A stretch of DNA of 64,000 bases from Hydrolagus affinis (Eukaryota): positions 1 through 64,000 of the forward strand of contig JAAILG010000954.1 in the NCBI GenBank assembly GCA_012026655.1. The letters run 5' to 3'. How positions within the stretch are numbered: position 1 is the stretch's first letter; every line of letters begins with the position of its first letter. Below are positions 35,557 through 48,196 of the stretch, one piece after another. The notes beneath the pieces were generated by a model. The model was not told the DNA's origin, searched no databases, and saw only the letters and a list, made by a program, of their open reading frames with translations. The position numbers and the translations under genes were made by a program.

Positions 35557-38500
35557 CTGTAGATAAATGATAGGCAAGTTATTGGAAGGAAATGATAAAA
35601 AAAAATCTCAAAATATCCGATTGCTGACATAGTAATTAAACAAACTGACATGCATGAGATTATCATCACAATGTAGAATTAGCAACAATTTGTGTAGCGT
35701 TTTTCTTATACAGTGGGAGGACATCTTAAATTGCTTCACTCAACCGAAAGGGGAAAATAGATGAACATTGCAGGAATGATTGCCTGGAATTATTTGAACA
35801 GGAATAGTTGGGCTGGAGAATATTTATCACATTTATAGAAGTGCAAAATACAATGCCAGTAATAGGAACTGCGGGGAGGTGCCAAGATAAACAACATCCC
35901 ACATATTTCCTGTTAACTAAGAATGGAACATTCCAGCCTCATCATGTTAAAATACCCTGCCGGCCTTCATTGTTCAGGTTCACACCAAGAATGGGGAGTA
36001 AATTTGAGCAACCAAAGCATCACGACAAAGCCTAATCCTGTCTTTATCTGACATCTGCATGGGAAAATGTTCCAGCAAGGATCAATTGATAACAGCCATG
36101 GGCAGGACCTCTCTTGGGTTGTAAGGTTTTTTCAACTTTCCCGGTTGAAATCAGCTAATTCAGCACAGCCGGGGGGAGAATTGTGCTTTAAACCTGCTCT
36201 GTTTGGCTCATATTAGTTATGGTCTTTCTCCAGTGAGCTTCAAATCTGTATCTAAATATACTGCTTAACAATATTTCAGAGGACAATCCTTATTCAACAT
36301 TACAATTAGGTGGCAATTGTGTATCCTGCTGAAATCTAGATTCAAATTCTAAGTGTAACTATTGTATTTTGCTGCATACAAAGGACAATCTGATGTCTGT
36401 ACTGAGAAATTTGATATTGCTACAGTACCACGATACTTACGTAATGCTCTGTTTTTGGAGGAATACAGGGGTACGCAAGGAATGACATTGTAAGTTGCAA
36501 GACTGCTCAGTATCAGTGGCTGAAGATTGCAAACAATGACGTAGACAATGATAATTGCATATTTAGCCACAAGATGATATCCTGTTTCTGCAATGCCAAT
36601 GGCTGCTTTCAGCAACAAGTTAAATGCATATAAGGATAAAAAAGCAGACACATTCAGCAGAATCTTGATGTAGAACAAGGGATCACTTAGATGTACCTGG
36701 AAAAGAAAGTTTCATTTATTAATATAGCTCAATCTTAAATTTCAAGCCTTGAGGGCCACTTCAGAATTATTATCCAACATATATTCATTTATATACAACA
36801 TATTTTATTATACAACGTATATTAATTCCCAGTACCTTGGGACATCTTCCTGACATGAAAGGCGCCCTTTTAATGTAATTTTGTTGTTGTTGTTCAGGAA
36901 AGTACAATATCTTTTTCTAGAATATATTGTAATTCATAAACTGATTTAAATAAAGTATAGTACATTTTGGTGTTTCTAAACTACACCATCAGTGAGAAGA
37001 TACAAAGCCAAACATTTTACTAAATATGAAATGAGTAAAATATAAAGCATTACAAGAATTAAATTAAACTGGAAAGGATACTAATGATATATATTTTGCC
37101 AAAGTTGCACTTTATTCCAGGACCAAATTCAGGTATTCGAGGATCCAGTGGAATTTTAGATAATCATTAAGATTAAATTGTCAATTTTAGCATAGATTAT
37201 TCATTCTGTTAGCACCCAAAGGTCATAAAACACAATGTAAACTTAATTTTGCTGAAGCTAGCAAAATTAAATCTGCTGATAAAAATTAACCCCTTCGTGA
37301 ATGAAATGAATTGCCTGAATTCTTGGATGTGAAAAAAAATGCAGACCGGATTCAAAGTTACCTGTCCATTATTATATTCGCCATCAGCCCATAGGATGGT
37401 AGAGATAAACTGGAGTAAAGGCTGCAGGGTCAATGCCTGCAAGATGCCAATTCGAAGGATTTTGTAAGCTTTTCTGTGGGACACATATCCCAAATAATGT
37501 TAATTATCAGAATTACATTTCTGGATTTACTTTCTAAAGTATCACACACAACCCACATTTCCTCTTTTATGTGTTGCATAGTTCCAGTCATCTTTATTTA
37601 GTTCATTGCTGATATAATGGAATATCAGACATTGTGTAACAATAAATACTCCTTGCCTTTGATAAAATGCTTTTTACATCAGCAGGACATCCTAAAGTGC
37701 TTGAATAGATTTATTAAAACGAGGCATAATTATGAAGTTTAAAAAAGCATTTTTATCAGGAGGATTTTTAGCCAGGACAGACAGAAGAAACTATCTTCTC
37801 TTTTTATACAGCACCACGGGATGTTTAACATCCAGTTGAATGTTACCCTGTGTGAAGGGCGCTATATAATTGCATGTTGTTGTTGTTGATTAAGTAGAAG
37901 GGACCCTGAATTAAGTCTTTGCTTTGTGAACTACAAAACAAGTTCATTCATATAAAACATTAACCATGAACCTGCAAATGTCATATGCAAATATTGTTTT
38001 ATTCAATATTACATTATTGTACTTATTATCTTCATTTCAAATGATCCCAATGTTTTGTTACTCAGAGTGAAATGTGATCCGGATAAATGACTAATATAGT
38101 AAATATATGCAATTTGTTCTCAATTTTTAACCTTATATTTTATGAGTTTATACTTTTACAATTATTTTACTTGGTCGGATTCTCACATTTAATAAACAAG
38201 TACATAGTTCATCAAGAAAGACATTTAAGACACCAAGTCTTAAAAACCAGACATGCAAAGCATTTTCATACAATTTATTGCTCACAGACAAAAAGGATCC
38301 TGGACCACTTGATATCTATAGGGAACAGTTTAAGGTAAGAATGACAGGATCAGTTTTATTCCTCTCTACACTGTTTTGTTGGTGGCATCTCAATTTATCA
38401 GATTCCAAGAGTCCCACACAATGGATGAACTAAGACATCCACAATGAATGATTCATGGTTCACTGGATGTTAATTGAGCAAATAGAAAGCAATAAAGAAA

Positions 38501-41500
38501 AACACCATAGGATATAATAGCTATGTATTACATTGTTAAAAGAAATATGGCAATACTATACCTGCTTATTTTGACCTTTGGTAGGCAGGTACAACAGCAG
38601 CAGCAAGGTCCCAAATTTAATGGTGTATCCACATATTGCAGTTTATCAATAGCTTCAGTGACTCCTCCAAGGTAAGCAATAGTGAGGTGGAAGAAACCAA
38701 ACAATGATAAACTGGCATATCTAAGTAGAGAAAGTCAGATTAGACATCAAAAATACATCCCTTATCAATGCAGTTATGCAAAGCATCTTTAATATACAAT
38801 ACAGTACGAGTAAGTGGAGTCCTGTAGCTCAGTGGTTAGAGGACTCGCCTCACAAGTGAGAGACCTGGGTTTGATTCCCAGCAGAGCGAAATATTGTGCA
38901 AGTTTCCTTACTCCACATGCCTCTGTTTACCTAGCAGTAAGTAGGAACCCAGTTGTTAGTTGATTGGCGGAACGCTTTTCCGAGGGTCATAATTCGTTTA
39001 ATTATTCATTTTAATCCACGTCTGTTTGTGGGACACAGCTATGTGCAATTATCTGCCACGTTTCACCCACAAACTGTAGTCAATTCACTTTGCATATATT
39101 TTGTGAAGAATATATGACGCGGTAAGGCACTATATGCAATGTAAGGATTAATATTATTACTGTATTATTATTACGTTACTTACACTGCACTCACAAAGTC
39201 CACCAGGATTCCTGCTCTTGGAACAAACATCCCCAACTGATAAGCAACGGTAGTTACCTAAGAAAAAAAAGAGCAGAATTGTTTTCCTGAGATTGCTTTA
39301 TCTCCTGTACTTTGTATTTATGTGAAGGTTCACAGAACCACAAACTTAAGCAGTGTTTGGCTGTGATGAAAATCACCATGATGCCAACTGAACATCCTGT
39401 AAACTATGTTATTAAAGTGCGGGTGGGAGAAAGGAGTAGAAAGCGGTAGAGAAAGGAATCCCTGTACTAAAACTACTGCTAGTCAACAACCAAAACGGTT
39501 CCACATGTTTAGGCCCTTTACACATAGAAATTTCCTAACATCGAATGGGATGTGCACTCTCTCCCTGTAGGGATGTATGTTTCTTTACCTAATTCTGGAG
39601 AGTGTTAGATACAGTTTGACAAGAGTCAAGATTTGGGGATCCCAGTGTGTGTGTGTGTGTGAGTGGTATGTGTTAGGGTACTATTGGAGTACTAACAGCA
39701 CATAGTTTGCAATTGAGAGCATAGCCTGGCAAGCTTCCTATCCATTAGGTCTTTGGCTCAACAAATGAGCTGACTGAGAGTGTACATCATGTAATGAGGT
39801 CTGCAATGTATCTTGATGGTTAAATTACAGTAATGGCAATAATAATAATCCTTGCATTTGATATAGCGCTTTTCATGTCTTCAAGATGTCTCAAAGTGCT
39901 TCACAGAATATACTGTAAAGTAAATTGACTGTACAGATGTTGGGTGAAATGCAGCAGCCAATTGCGCACAGCAGTATCCCACACACAGTCATGGATTGAG
40001 TGACCAAATTATTATAGTTTTTTTTGAATGGTTTATTATTAAGCTTATGGAGTAAGGAAACTTGCCCAAGGTTTCGCCCTGACCTGCCTGGATTCGAAAC
40101 ACAGGTCTCTCACTTGTAAGGTGAGTGCTCCAACCACTGAGCTACAGGATTCCACAATACAATACTTACAGGAAATAAGGCCAGCACCACCATAGTTTTC
40201 TCCTTGATTAAAGTATTCAAGACATTGTTGTTCACATATATCCATAGCTCTATGAAGATGCAATAATTGGCAATTGCTACAGCATTGAGTACAACCATGA
40301 CAGCAATTCCATCAGGTGTGAGGTCTAGAGTAAGAAGGGAATAAAAAGATACCAAATTGCTCTCAGTATTATTTGAATTTCCATGAAAAGTGGAACATTA
40401 AGCTGGCATTAGCAGTACAGTGATATCTGATAGTTAGAAATTACAAGGTAACAGTCAGTTTGTGATAGGATTTCACTCTGCCAGTATATCAATTGCATAC
40501 AATTTATTTCAGGAATTATACCACATTTCCATACAACTGATGCCATCCCTCTTCCCAACCAACCTTTCTCCCTCAGGCTTCAAGTGATAAATTACAGCAC
40601 CAGCTGTGTCTGGAACACTTTAAAATCAGTTCTAATGAAATCAGTTTCCAAGCAGTTTCTAAACTGACGCAGCCCAGATAACGCAAAGTTCATCAAATGC
40701 ACCTGCCTTTTTACAAACAGCACCCACAGCTCAGACGTCTCATACACTCAAGCTGGGCTTTGGTCAGCCTTCAATGGCAGTGATATGAAACATTCTGAGC
40801 CAACTTGCAATATAAAAGTCCCATTGTTTGGGGTGCTCATAGTTTCTCGCTGGCTTGCTGACGCCTTTGTCTTTATTTTCTGCTATCCCTGACTGGTTGT
40901 GACAGTGTTATTAATTGTGAGCTCCCATCACATCATGCTCAGCTGCGGAATGTTGGCAGAATATTAATGCCCTTTCCCTGCTACAATTCCACGCGTCTGA
41001 CTTTCAGATATGACTTGTAGAGATGTCCTCCCGACAAAAGATGTTGTACAGATGTGATTTTATTGTAGTTGTTGTTGTAGAATAGCCCCCAGTTTGCCTT
41101 GAAGACAAGGCTTTGCAGAAACCTTTGGGACTTCTTTGCCCCGCCGGTTTCGCTAAACTTCAAGCACATGCTGCTCAGTTGACATTTCAACAACAAGAAC
41201 AAAATTACATTTGTATAGCGCCTTTCATGTTGGGAGGACATCCTCCAGTTGGCCAGTCAATGCTTTGTATGCATTATTCCCACTGAATTCCTGCTTTTCA
41301 ATTCAAACTGTAAATATAAAATTGTCCTGCGCCCGAGCTCACAATCCAGCTGTCTGATCCAAATTGTTGCACTGTCGATTAGAATTTGCCTTTTGGATGA
41401 GACATAAACACACGGTCTGTTTGTAGGTGGAAGTTAAAGATTCCCCGATTCCATTCCAAAACAGAAAGGACTTCCCCTGTTTGGTCATGCTGGGGCCTGC

Positions 41501-41730
41501 TTTACAATTCTGTGATAGGAAAGAACAAAATGAAAGAGCAAGCAGATTTTCCTAGATTTAGTTACCCGGCTTCTCGAACCTGGAAACCTGCTCCCTGCAA
41601 GGAAAGCACACAATACGGCATTGAACAAATGTAAGCGAACATTCAGTAATCATTTGCAGTCATTCCGTAATGTAACTTTACCTTTAAGCAGGTCAAAAGA
41701 GTACGGCAAACTGTCACTGCAGTTGGGCAT
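35429..41730 (-). CDS. Organic solute transporter alpha-like (SLC51A/OSTalpha family), 7 coding exons, ~310 aa
   Basis: Exons 41682-41730, 40170-40324, 39184-39257, 38562-38720, 37362-37473, 36441-36696, 35429-35556. All GT-AG, phase-compatible, 933 nt with no internal stop. Contains the family Cys cluster [21 protein letters not shown]...[13 protein letters not shown] and [15 protein letters not shown], with about 7 hydrophobic segments. Confidence 0.9.
36441..36696 (-). CDS. OSTalpha-like coding exon 6
   Basis: 256 nt, TTTCCAG|...|GTAAGT. Encodes [14 protein letters not shown]...[28 protein letters not shown]. Confidence 0.9.
37362..37473 (-). CDS. OSTalpha-like coding exon 5
   Basis: 112 nt. 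Encodes [37 protein letters not shown]. Confidence 0.88.
38562..38720 (-). CDS. OSTalpha-like coding exon 4 (cysteine cluster)
   Basis: 159 nt. Encodes [19 protein letters not shown]...[20 protein letters not shown]. Confidence 0.92.
38814..39165 (+). mobile_element. tRNA-derived SINE, longer variant
   Basis: Same head and tail, plus an internal segment gcctctgtttacctagcagtaagtaggaaccc that the other copies lack. Confidence 0.87.
39184..39257 (-). CDS. OSTalpha-like coding exon 3
   Basis: 74 nt, TTAG|...|GTAAGT. Encodes [24 protein letters not shown] (compare human GLWIPRS). Confidence 0.87.
39841..40155 (-). mobile_element. tRNA-derived SINE
   Basis: Reverse-complement copy. Its head lies ~15 nt from the donor of OSTalpha-like exon 2. 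Confidence 0.87.
40170..40324 (-). CDS. OSTalpha-like coding exon 2 (TM1)
   Basis: 155 nt, CTAG|...|GTAAGT. Encodes [31 protein letters not shown]...LALFP. Confidence 0.85.
41325..41500 (+). mobile_element. Ancient Deu-domain SINE remnant
   Basis: gcactgtcg...ccttttggatgagacataaac...aggtggaagttaaagattccc resembles the recalled Deu core. A second antisense remnant lies at ~37762-37842. Confidence 0.55.
41682..41730 (-). CDS. OSTalpha-like coding exon 1 ([16 protein letters not shown])
   Basis: ACAATG start, donor G|GTAAAG, acceptor TACAG| at 41736/41735. Resembles the OSTalpha N-terminal Cys/Pro segment. Confidence 0.7.
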
Positions 41731-43540
41731 TGTTACTGTAATAAGCGAAGCTTCGGGTGAAATGGTTCAGGAATGTTAAGGGCTAAATATTCCACTTCGG
41801 TCAAGTGCTGCTGTGGCTTCTTGTTAAAGATCTTGTTGCTGTTCGATACTTTGTTGTACCCAAGTACAGTAAAGATAAGTATTTGCGCAACAATGCAGCA
41901 TTTTATTCTGCCAGCTACTCGCCCCCGCATTACACACAGAATAGGCAACAAAATCTATTCTCCAGGCAAGACCAGAGGCATTGATTGCTGAGTCAAACCG
42001 AAAGAGAAGTAAGCAAGAAAAGTGAACTTTGCAATGTAACCCTTCATGTGCTGTAAGCTTTTTTTCATTCTATTGGTTAAAGGACCAAAGAATCACTATT
42101 TCTTGACAATATTTTCCAAAAGTACACTGAAAACACAAGAGAAGTATTAGAAAAATAAATGAGTTCTGCCACATCTCCCTTTGAGATGGTGACGCCCTTT
42201 TAGTCCAAATCTGCAAAGGGTTAAGGTTTTATCAGCTACATGACTAACAGACAACCAGTAATAAAAGCAGGATATTGAACTGAGATATTTGATGTGGACA
42301 GAAGGTGCGAGTTGGAACAATTGCAAAGCGGATAAAGGATTTTACCAGAATTGGAGCTAGTGTTTAGGGCTTGGCTTTAAGATAAGAGAGTTACAGTAAA
42401 TTAAACTTTACAAAGCAACAGTAACTGACCCTTGCCTAGATTATCCCCATGATAGTGGAAGTTTTGAACACTGACTACATTAATCTAGCTTGCAGCCTGA
42501 CCAGCAACATTAGTTTTGTGAGCCAGCTCTGGTCTTCTCTAGGGTTCTAAGCTACAATCACCTCAAACCTGCTTAGCAACACCCTTTTCTTGGAAATCTC
42601 CAAAGAGCTTTGCTAACCTGACATTCTGGTGTCTGGAATCTAAAAGGAAGAATCCAGGTGTAGGTGGCAAGGTAGGAAGAAATCCATGTGTGTGGATATA
42701 TAAAATATATAATATATATAGTTCTTTGTATGTCAAGGATTATTGCTGTTACCACAGTCCCTCTCTCGCTAGTAAAAGTGTCTTGAGAGAGAGGAATGGA
42801 GGATGGGCAGAAAATCTCTTTGGCCCATTTATCTCTTCCTTCCAGAATCTGAACATAATAGTTCTCCCATCAGATTTTTTTTAAATAAAAAAAACTTTGT
42901 CCAGCTTCCTGGTCTTAACCGCCCTACCTGCTAACTAACTCACTCCAGTCACTGATTAACCTCTGAATAAAGAAATGCTCTTTGGCGCCCATGCCTTTGC
43001 ATTCTTCTGTGTCCTCTTAATTACCATACAACTACTCACTCATTTGACACACTGCTTTGAGTTACTGGAGCAACTTCTACAGTCTGTCCTTCCCATTATA
43101 TTATTCCGCTGTGTTTTTTTAAAATCTCTGTAGAAGGAAACACTTATGTGTTCTTTTCTCTAAACTAGACGTTCACAAAGCCACAACTTCTATAACCTAA
43201 CTGGTTATGTAACTCTCCTCTTTCCTTTAAGTCAGAAGACTGAAAACAGATGTTATTAGCTGAATCAGATTCCATGAGAAAGGATGTGAAATAATCAGAA
43301 TGCAGCAACCACAAACATATCAGTTCATTTTGCTTTCCAGATGGGGCTTCAATGCCCAAGTATTTGAGAATCAGCCAGAATAGCTGCAGCATTGATACGG
43401 AACATGGACTACAGGAACCTTTATATACAGTGTTAGATCTTATTGGTGGGATCTTAACAGCTCCTATCAATAAAGAGAATGAGACCACATAACCCAAAGT
43501 TCTTTGCCCTTTCGCTGTGTGTGTTAATTCAGATTCCACA

Positions 43541-43850
43541 TAATAATCATCCTTGCATTTTGATATAGAGCTTTTCACAACTTCTAGATGTCTCAAAAAG
43601 CTTCACAGAATAATAAAGTTAATTGACTGTATATTTGTGGGCGAAACACGCAGGCAATTGTGCACAACAGTGTCCCACAAACAGTCATGGATTGAGTGAC
43701 CAAATTGTTACAGGTTTTTTTTGACGGATTATTATTAGGTGTATGGAGTAATGAAACTTGCCCAAGTTTTCGCTCTGACCTGCCTGGATTCAAAACACAG
43801 GTCTCACGTTTGTAAGGTGTGTGCTCTAACCACTGAGCTACAGGACTCCA
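43541..43850 (-). mobile_element. tRNA-derived SINE
   Basis: Reverse-complement copy with head and tail. Confidence 0.87.
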
Positions 43851-46256
43851 TATAATCTCAGGGTCATTGATTCCCACAAACTCGCTCCCCAGTGAACATT
43901 CTTGACAATCTACTGTTCAAACAATGCTTTAAAATTAAAGAACACTACAGCTATTGTCGCAATAGGAATTGATTAACCTGATGTATTTGCAGGAATGTTT
44001 CAGAGATCCCAGTGCACTGATGCTGAACTCTTATTTCACACTCAATCCACTTTTTAGACAATGTTTTTACATTTTTAAAAAAATCAAAAACAAGCAAAAG
44101 GTTTGTAAAACAAAGTCATATGTTCTGGGAGATGATCTACGCACAACAGCAGTCCTTAAATGAGAACTGGAGGCTATTTAATACTCTCTTGTAATCATCA
44201 TTGATCCCCAACAAAGGGCCTCTTATACCAATGGATAATAATCCTTGCATTTGATACAGCGCTTTTCACATCTTCTAGACAACTCAAATTGCTTCACAGA
44301 ATATACTGTAAAGTGATTTGAAAATGAACTTGTGAAACAGCTTCATAAAGGCAAGCCAACGAAGAAACATTTCTGTTTAGTTTCAAAAATATTTGCTGAA
44401 GGAAATAAGGATTAAGGGTTAATGACTCCATTGCTTGAATATGATGACCACAAGATGGAGCTCAGAATACATGCTCAATACAAACATTTGCCTTTTTTCC
44501 TATTACAGTATTGTATCTCAGTTTATTCAACAATTGAAAAGGTATTGGATGAGAGACCTAGAAATTTAAATATCCTGCAGTCTATAAGCAAATATTGAAT
44601 TTGTGTACATTTGAGTTACTGCACAATGCCTTGTCCATAATCAGCGTTCAGTGCTCAATTTCTGCATCACCTTCACTCACTGCACAATACTCACCATACA
44701 CGTTGCCTGGTTTTCTGCTGTTCCTCTGTCACCACCCTTTGTATCAACCTCTGACAAACTAAGGGTTGATATTCTGAAGTATTACATTTTAGATGCTGGA
44801 GATTAAATAACAACAACAACTTGCATTGATATGGGGCATCTCGGAGCTCTTAACAGTAGCAGAGCTGATACTGATCAGTGACATGTATTCTAGAAATGTG
44901 AAGCGGCGTCTGTCTTTATGTTGTACATGGAAGTTGAAGCGCTCTGAGACGCCATCCGGCATGGAGGGCACTATATAAATCGAAGTTGTTGTTGTTGTTG
45001 GAAGAGCTACAAATGATCAACGTGAGAGCAGGAAAACAATGGAGTGTTAACAAGACGTTGGGTTCATAAAGCTTTTGGAAGGAAAACGACGGTGCATATG
45101 CAAGTCGTAGGGAAAAAAAACTCTTTGTAAAGTAGGTCTTGTGCCTGCACATCACAAGCACTCAACAGAATGCTATTCTGACTCAGGAAAGCCTCACAGC
45201 AGAGATCACACAAGTCAACGCAACATACTTAGAGCTCCATGAGAGAGATGTGCTTTGTATCTTGAGATGCTTTGCCAGGCGCTTGCCCCATATACAGTGT
45301 ATTTTTTCCAAATCAAAGCCGTCCATCCAACAAATTCTATTTGTTGGCACATTGTTGTTTTCAGTTCAGTAAAGCTGAAAAGTCATTGACTGCCACCCCC
45401 ATAGTTTAATTTCCCAATCCAGTCTCGATTTGAATGATCAAAAGTGTACTTTTAACAACTCTCCGCTGAATCTAACAGCATATTTGCAGCTGCTGGTTTG
45501 CCTTTCTTCCAGCTCCAACCAGCCCAATGTGACAAATAGCCCCCTTCTGTGCCGTGCTCATTATAATTCTATGACAAATGTCACTTCAATTAAGAAGATG
45601 AATAGCCCCATTTGAATTTCGGCCCAATTTCTTGCACGTCGCAAATCTGGAGGAGAAAGGAACATTTTCTTTTCTTTGTACTACACGGGGAAAGTGTCAC
45701 TTGGTATCTAATTGCAAGCCGCCTCATTCCCAAGAGCAGGTAGTGTGTAAGTGTGCTGCCATTTACCCAGCTCATTTTGGTTGCCCAGTATTCCCACATG
45801 CTCGTGCTAGTTGCAATGCTGTGAGGGAAAAGTATCGCCATTAAACAGGAACACAAGGCAACAGCTAAGAATTATATGGCCTTCTCATCGAGACACCTGA
45901 AGATTATACATAAATGTGCTTAGCTCTTCGTTCCTCAGCAACAAACAACATGCTGTGCAAATAGAAATGCGAAAAGTTTATACATTTTTTCCCCCACAAT
46001 TTTGAATTCTATGTTGTCAACCGTGTGATAAAGAGCGATGATCTGACAATCTCAAATCTCCCAGAGGTGAAAAAGAGGGGCAAAGTGTGGTCTCGGATCA
46101 GGCAGATGAAAGAATATAAATTATGAAAGACTCACACTTAGTGCAACATCGAGGACAATTTGTAAAGTACAAAGTGGTTTCTGGTTCTGTACTTAAAACA
46201 GAGCTTGATGTCAGTGCTCTGGGACGCTATCCTACATGAGGGGCACTATCCCTAAC

Positions 46257-46635
46257 CCTGTCAAGTAGCTCAGTGATTAGAGCATTCGCCTTACATGCGA
46301 GACACTTAGGTTCGATTCCACGCAGGCCGAAACCTTGGGCAAATTTCCTTAACAGCAACAACAAAATTACACTTGTATAGTGCCTTTCACGTCAGAAGGA
46401 TGTCCCAAGATGCTGATTTACTCCACGCCTGATAATAATCCCTCAAGAAAAAAAACAAGAAAAAATTGATCATTTGAATCCACGGCTGTTTGTGGGACAC
46501 TGCTGTGTGCAATTGGCTGCCACATTTTGCCCACAAATACACAGTCAATTCACTTTGCAGTATATTTTGTGAAGTGTTGTAAGACATTTAGAAGGCGTGA
46601 AAAGCGCAAATTCAAAATGCAATGATTATTATTAT
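46257..46635 (+). mobile_element. tRNA-derived SINE interrupted by an antisense L2 tail (~46351-46415)
   Basis: SINE head, then aacagcaacaacaaaattacacttgtatagtgcctttcacgtc (L2 tail, -), then the SINE resumes at ttactccacgcctga. Confidence 0.8.
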
Positions 46636-48190
46636 ACATACAAGTAAGTTATTGTTTTTATTAAAGGGTATCTAAACCAAACTGAGTTCCATGTATCCCA
46701 GCTATCACATGGGATAATTTATAATTAATTTACACAGCTGGAAGAAGTCTTTAGTTCTCACATTAAGATGAAAATAGTACATTTGAGCAGAAAGCAAGAT
46801 CCAGGAATATCTGTGGGAATACACTGCCAGAAGATGCATTAACGGGCAAATATTTGGACATCTGAAATAGAGTCAGTCTGCTCATGGCTTTGGTTATCAG
46901 CAGAAGTTAACAACTTTAGATGCTCAGTGTCTTCTGATTCATCTCTTTCTAATGTTCCCAATGGATAATTGATTCACATGCAAGATCTTCTAAATGAATT
47001 CAGGATCAATAACTAATCTATTGTTTAAATTCACTGGGTGCCACTAGGTAATCAAAACAGAGTTGGTTAATTCTGATCAGGTATCAACAGATGATTTCCT
47101 CACTGATTGAAATCCATTCTAAATAATTAAACTCATTGCAAAGCTCAGCTTGAATTATCATTTGGATTAACATCTTTACAAGGCTACAAAGTAAGGCAGG
47201 ATGGTGATCTGAAAAATTCTGACACAGATATTTTTCAAAATTTCTGAGACAGCTGTTTGTGACAATTTATCTGAATGCCAGTCACATAAAATATCAAAGT
47301 ACAGTACTATACTTCAAATCTTATATTGCTTCAATCAAAGATGTGGCCACCTTTACTGTTATCCACCACTGAATTGGTTCCAATTTATTGCTATATTTAA
47401 TTTAGTCATTGCACGGAATGAACATGAAAAAAACCTTACTGAGTGTCATTGGCCTTATTCCTAAACTTCACAATAACTGCCCCATTCCTAACCCAGGCTT
47501 ATTGCATTGCTCACTTAGATTTGGTGTGAAGACACATTTGAAAGTGATGTCCTTAGAGGTCTTATTTTCCAATTTTAAAATGTCTCAAGACTAACCAAAC
47601 AGCTCAAAGAAGTACAGCTTCAATGGTATGATTTGTTTATGAAACGATCAACTCCAAAATAAATTCTAAGTTGCTTTCGCTCATGTTGACAAGCTATATT
47701 GCACATATCTTCACAGACCAGTTGGACCAAATATCCTGTTACCAAGTTCAAATAATTCTATCAATAAATTTCTCATGCTTTTGACAATAAGTCACCAATA
47801 TTAAACTTGGATCACTTAATCCTCCATCAAGATCCATTCTTATTGACTCCAGTCTTGAACAATTTCCCGAATTCGACTTTACGTAACTTCTCCCCCTCGT
47901 TTATGAACTTTAGCAAGGTTTTGCAGGTAAGGAATGGGGCTGACTGACCTAACATGACATGAAGCACCTGAAAGCCAGCACTGCAAACTGACCCCGTCTT
48001 CACCAGCCGAAGATTTTAACGACATCACTTGGAAATCACATGTTGCCAGGAGCTTTGTCCGTGGAAGACATTTTATAATTTAAAAAAACATGAAATATCA
48101 TAAACAGTGGCACTCATAACATTCAAGGCGGGGATGCTTTCTTTAAAAAAAGAAGTCTGAAAATATTTAACATATTTATAAAATAAATCC

Positions 48191-48196
48191 TTTATT
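48191..48196 (-). terminator. Candidate ACTN1 polyadenylation signal AATAAA
   Basis: tttatt on the + strand ~355 nt past the stop, followed by U-rich sequence on the - strand. Confidence 0.45.

Noticed and set aside
42618-42720. Possible non-coding first exon and TATA for the OSTalpha-like gene (CAG|GTTAGC at 42618)
   Set aside because: Plausible, but motif evidence alone is too weak without transcript data.
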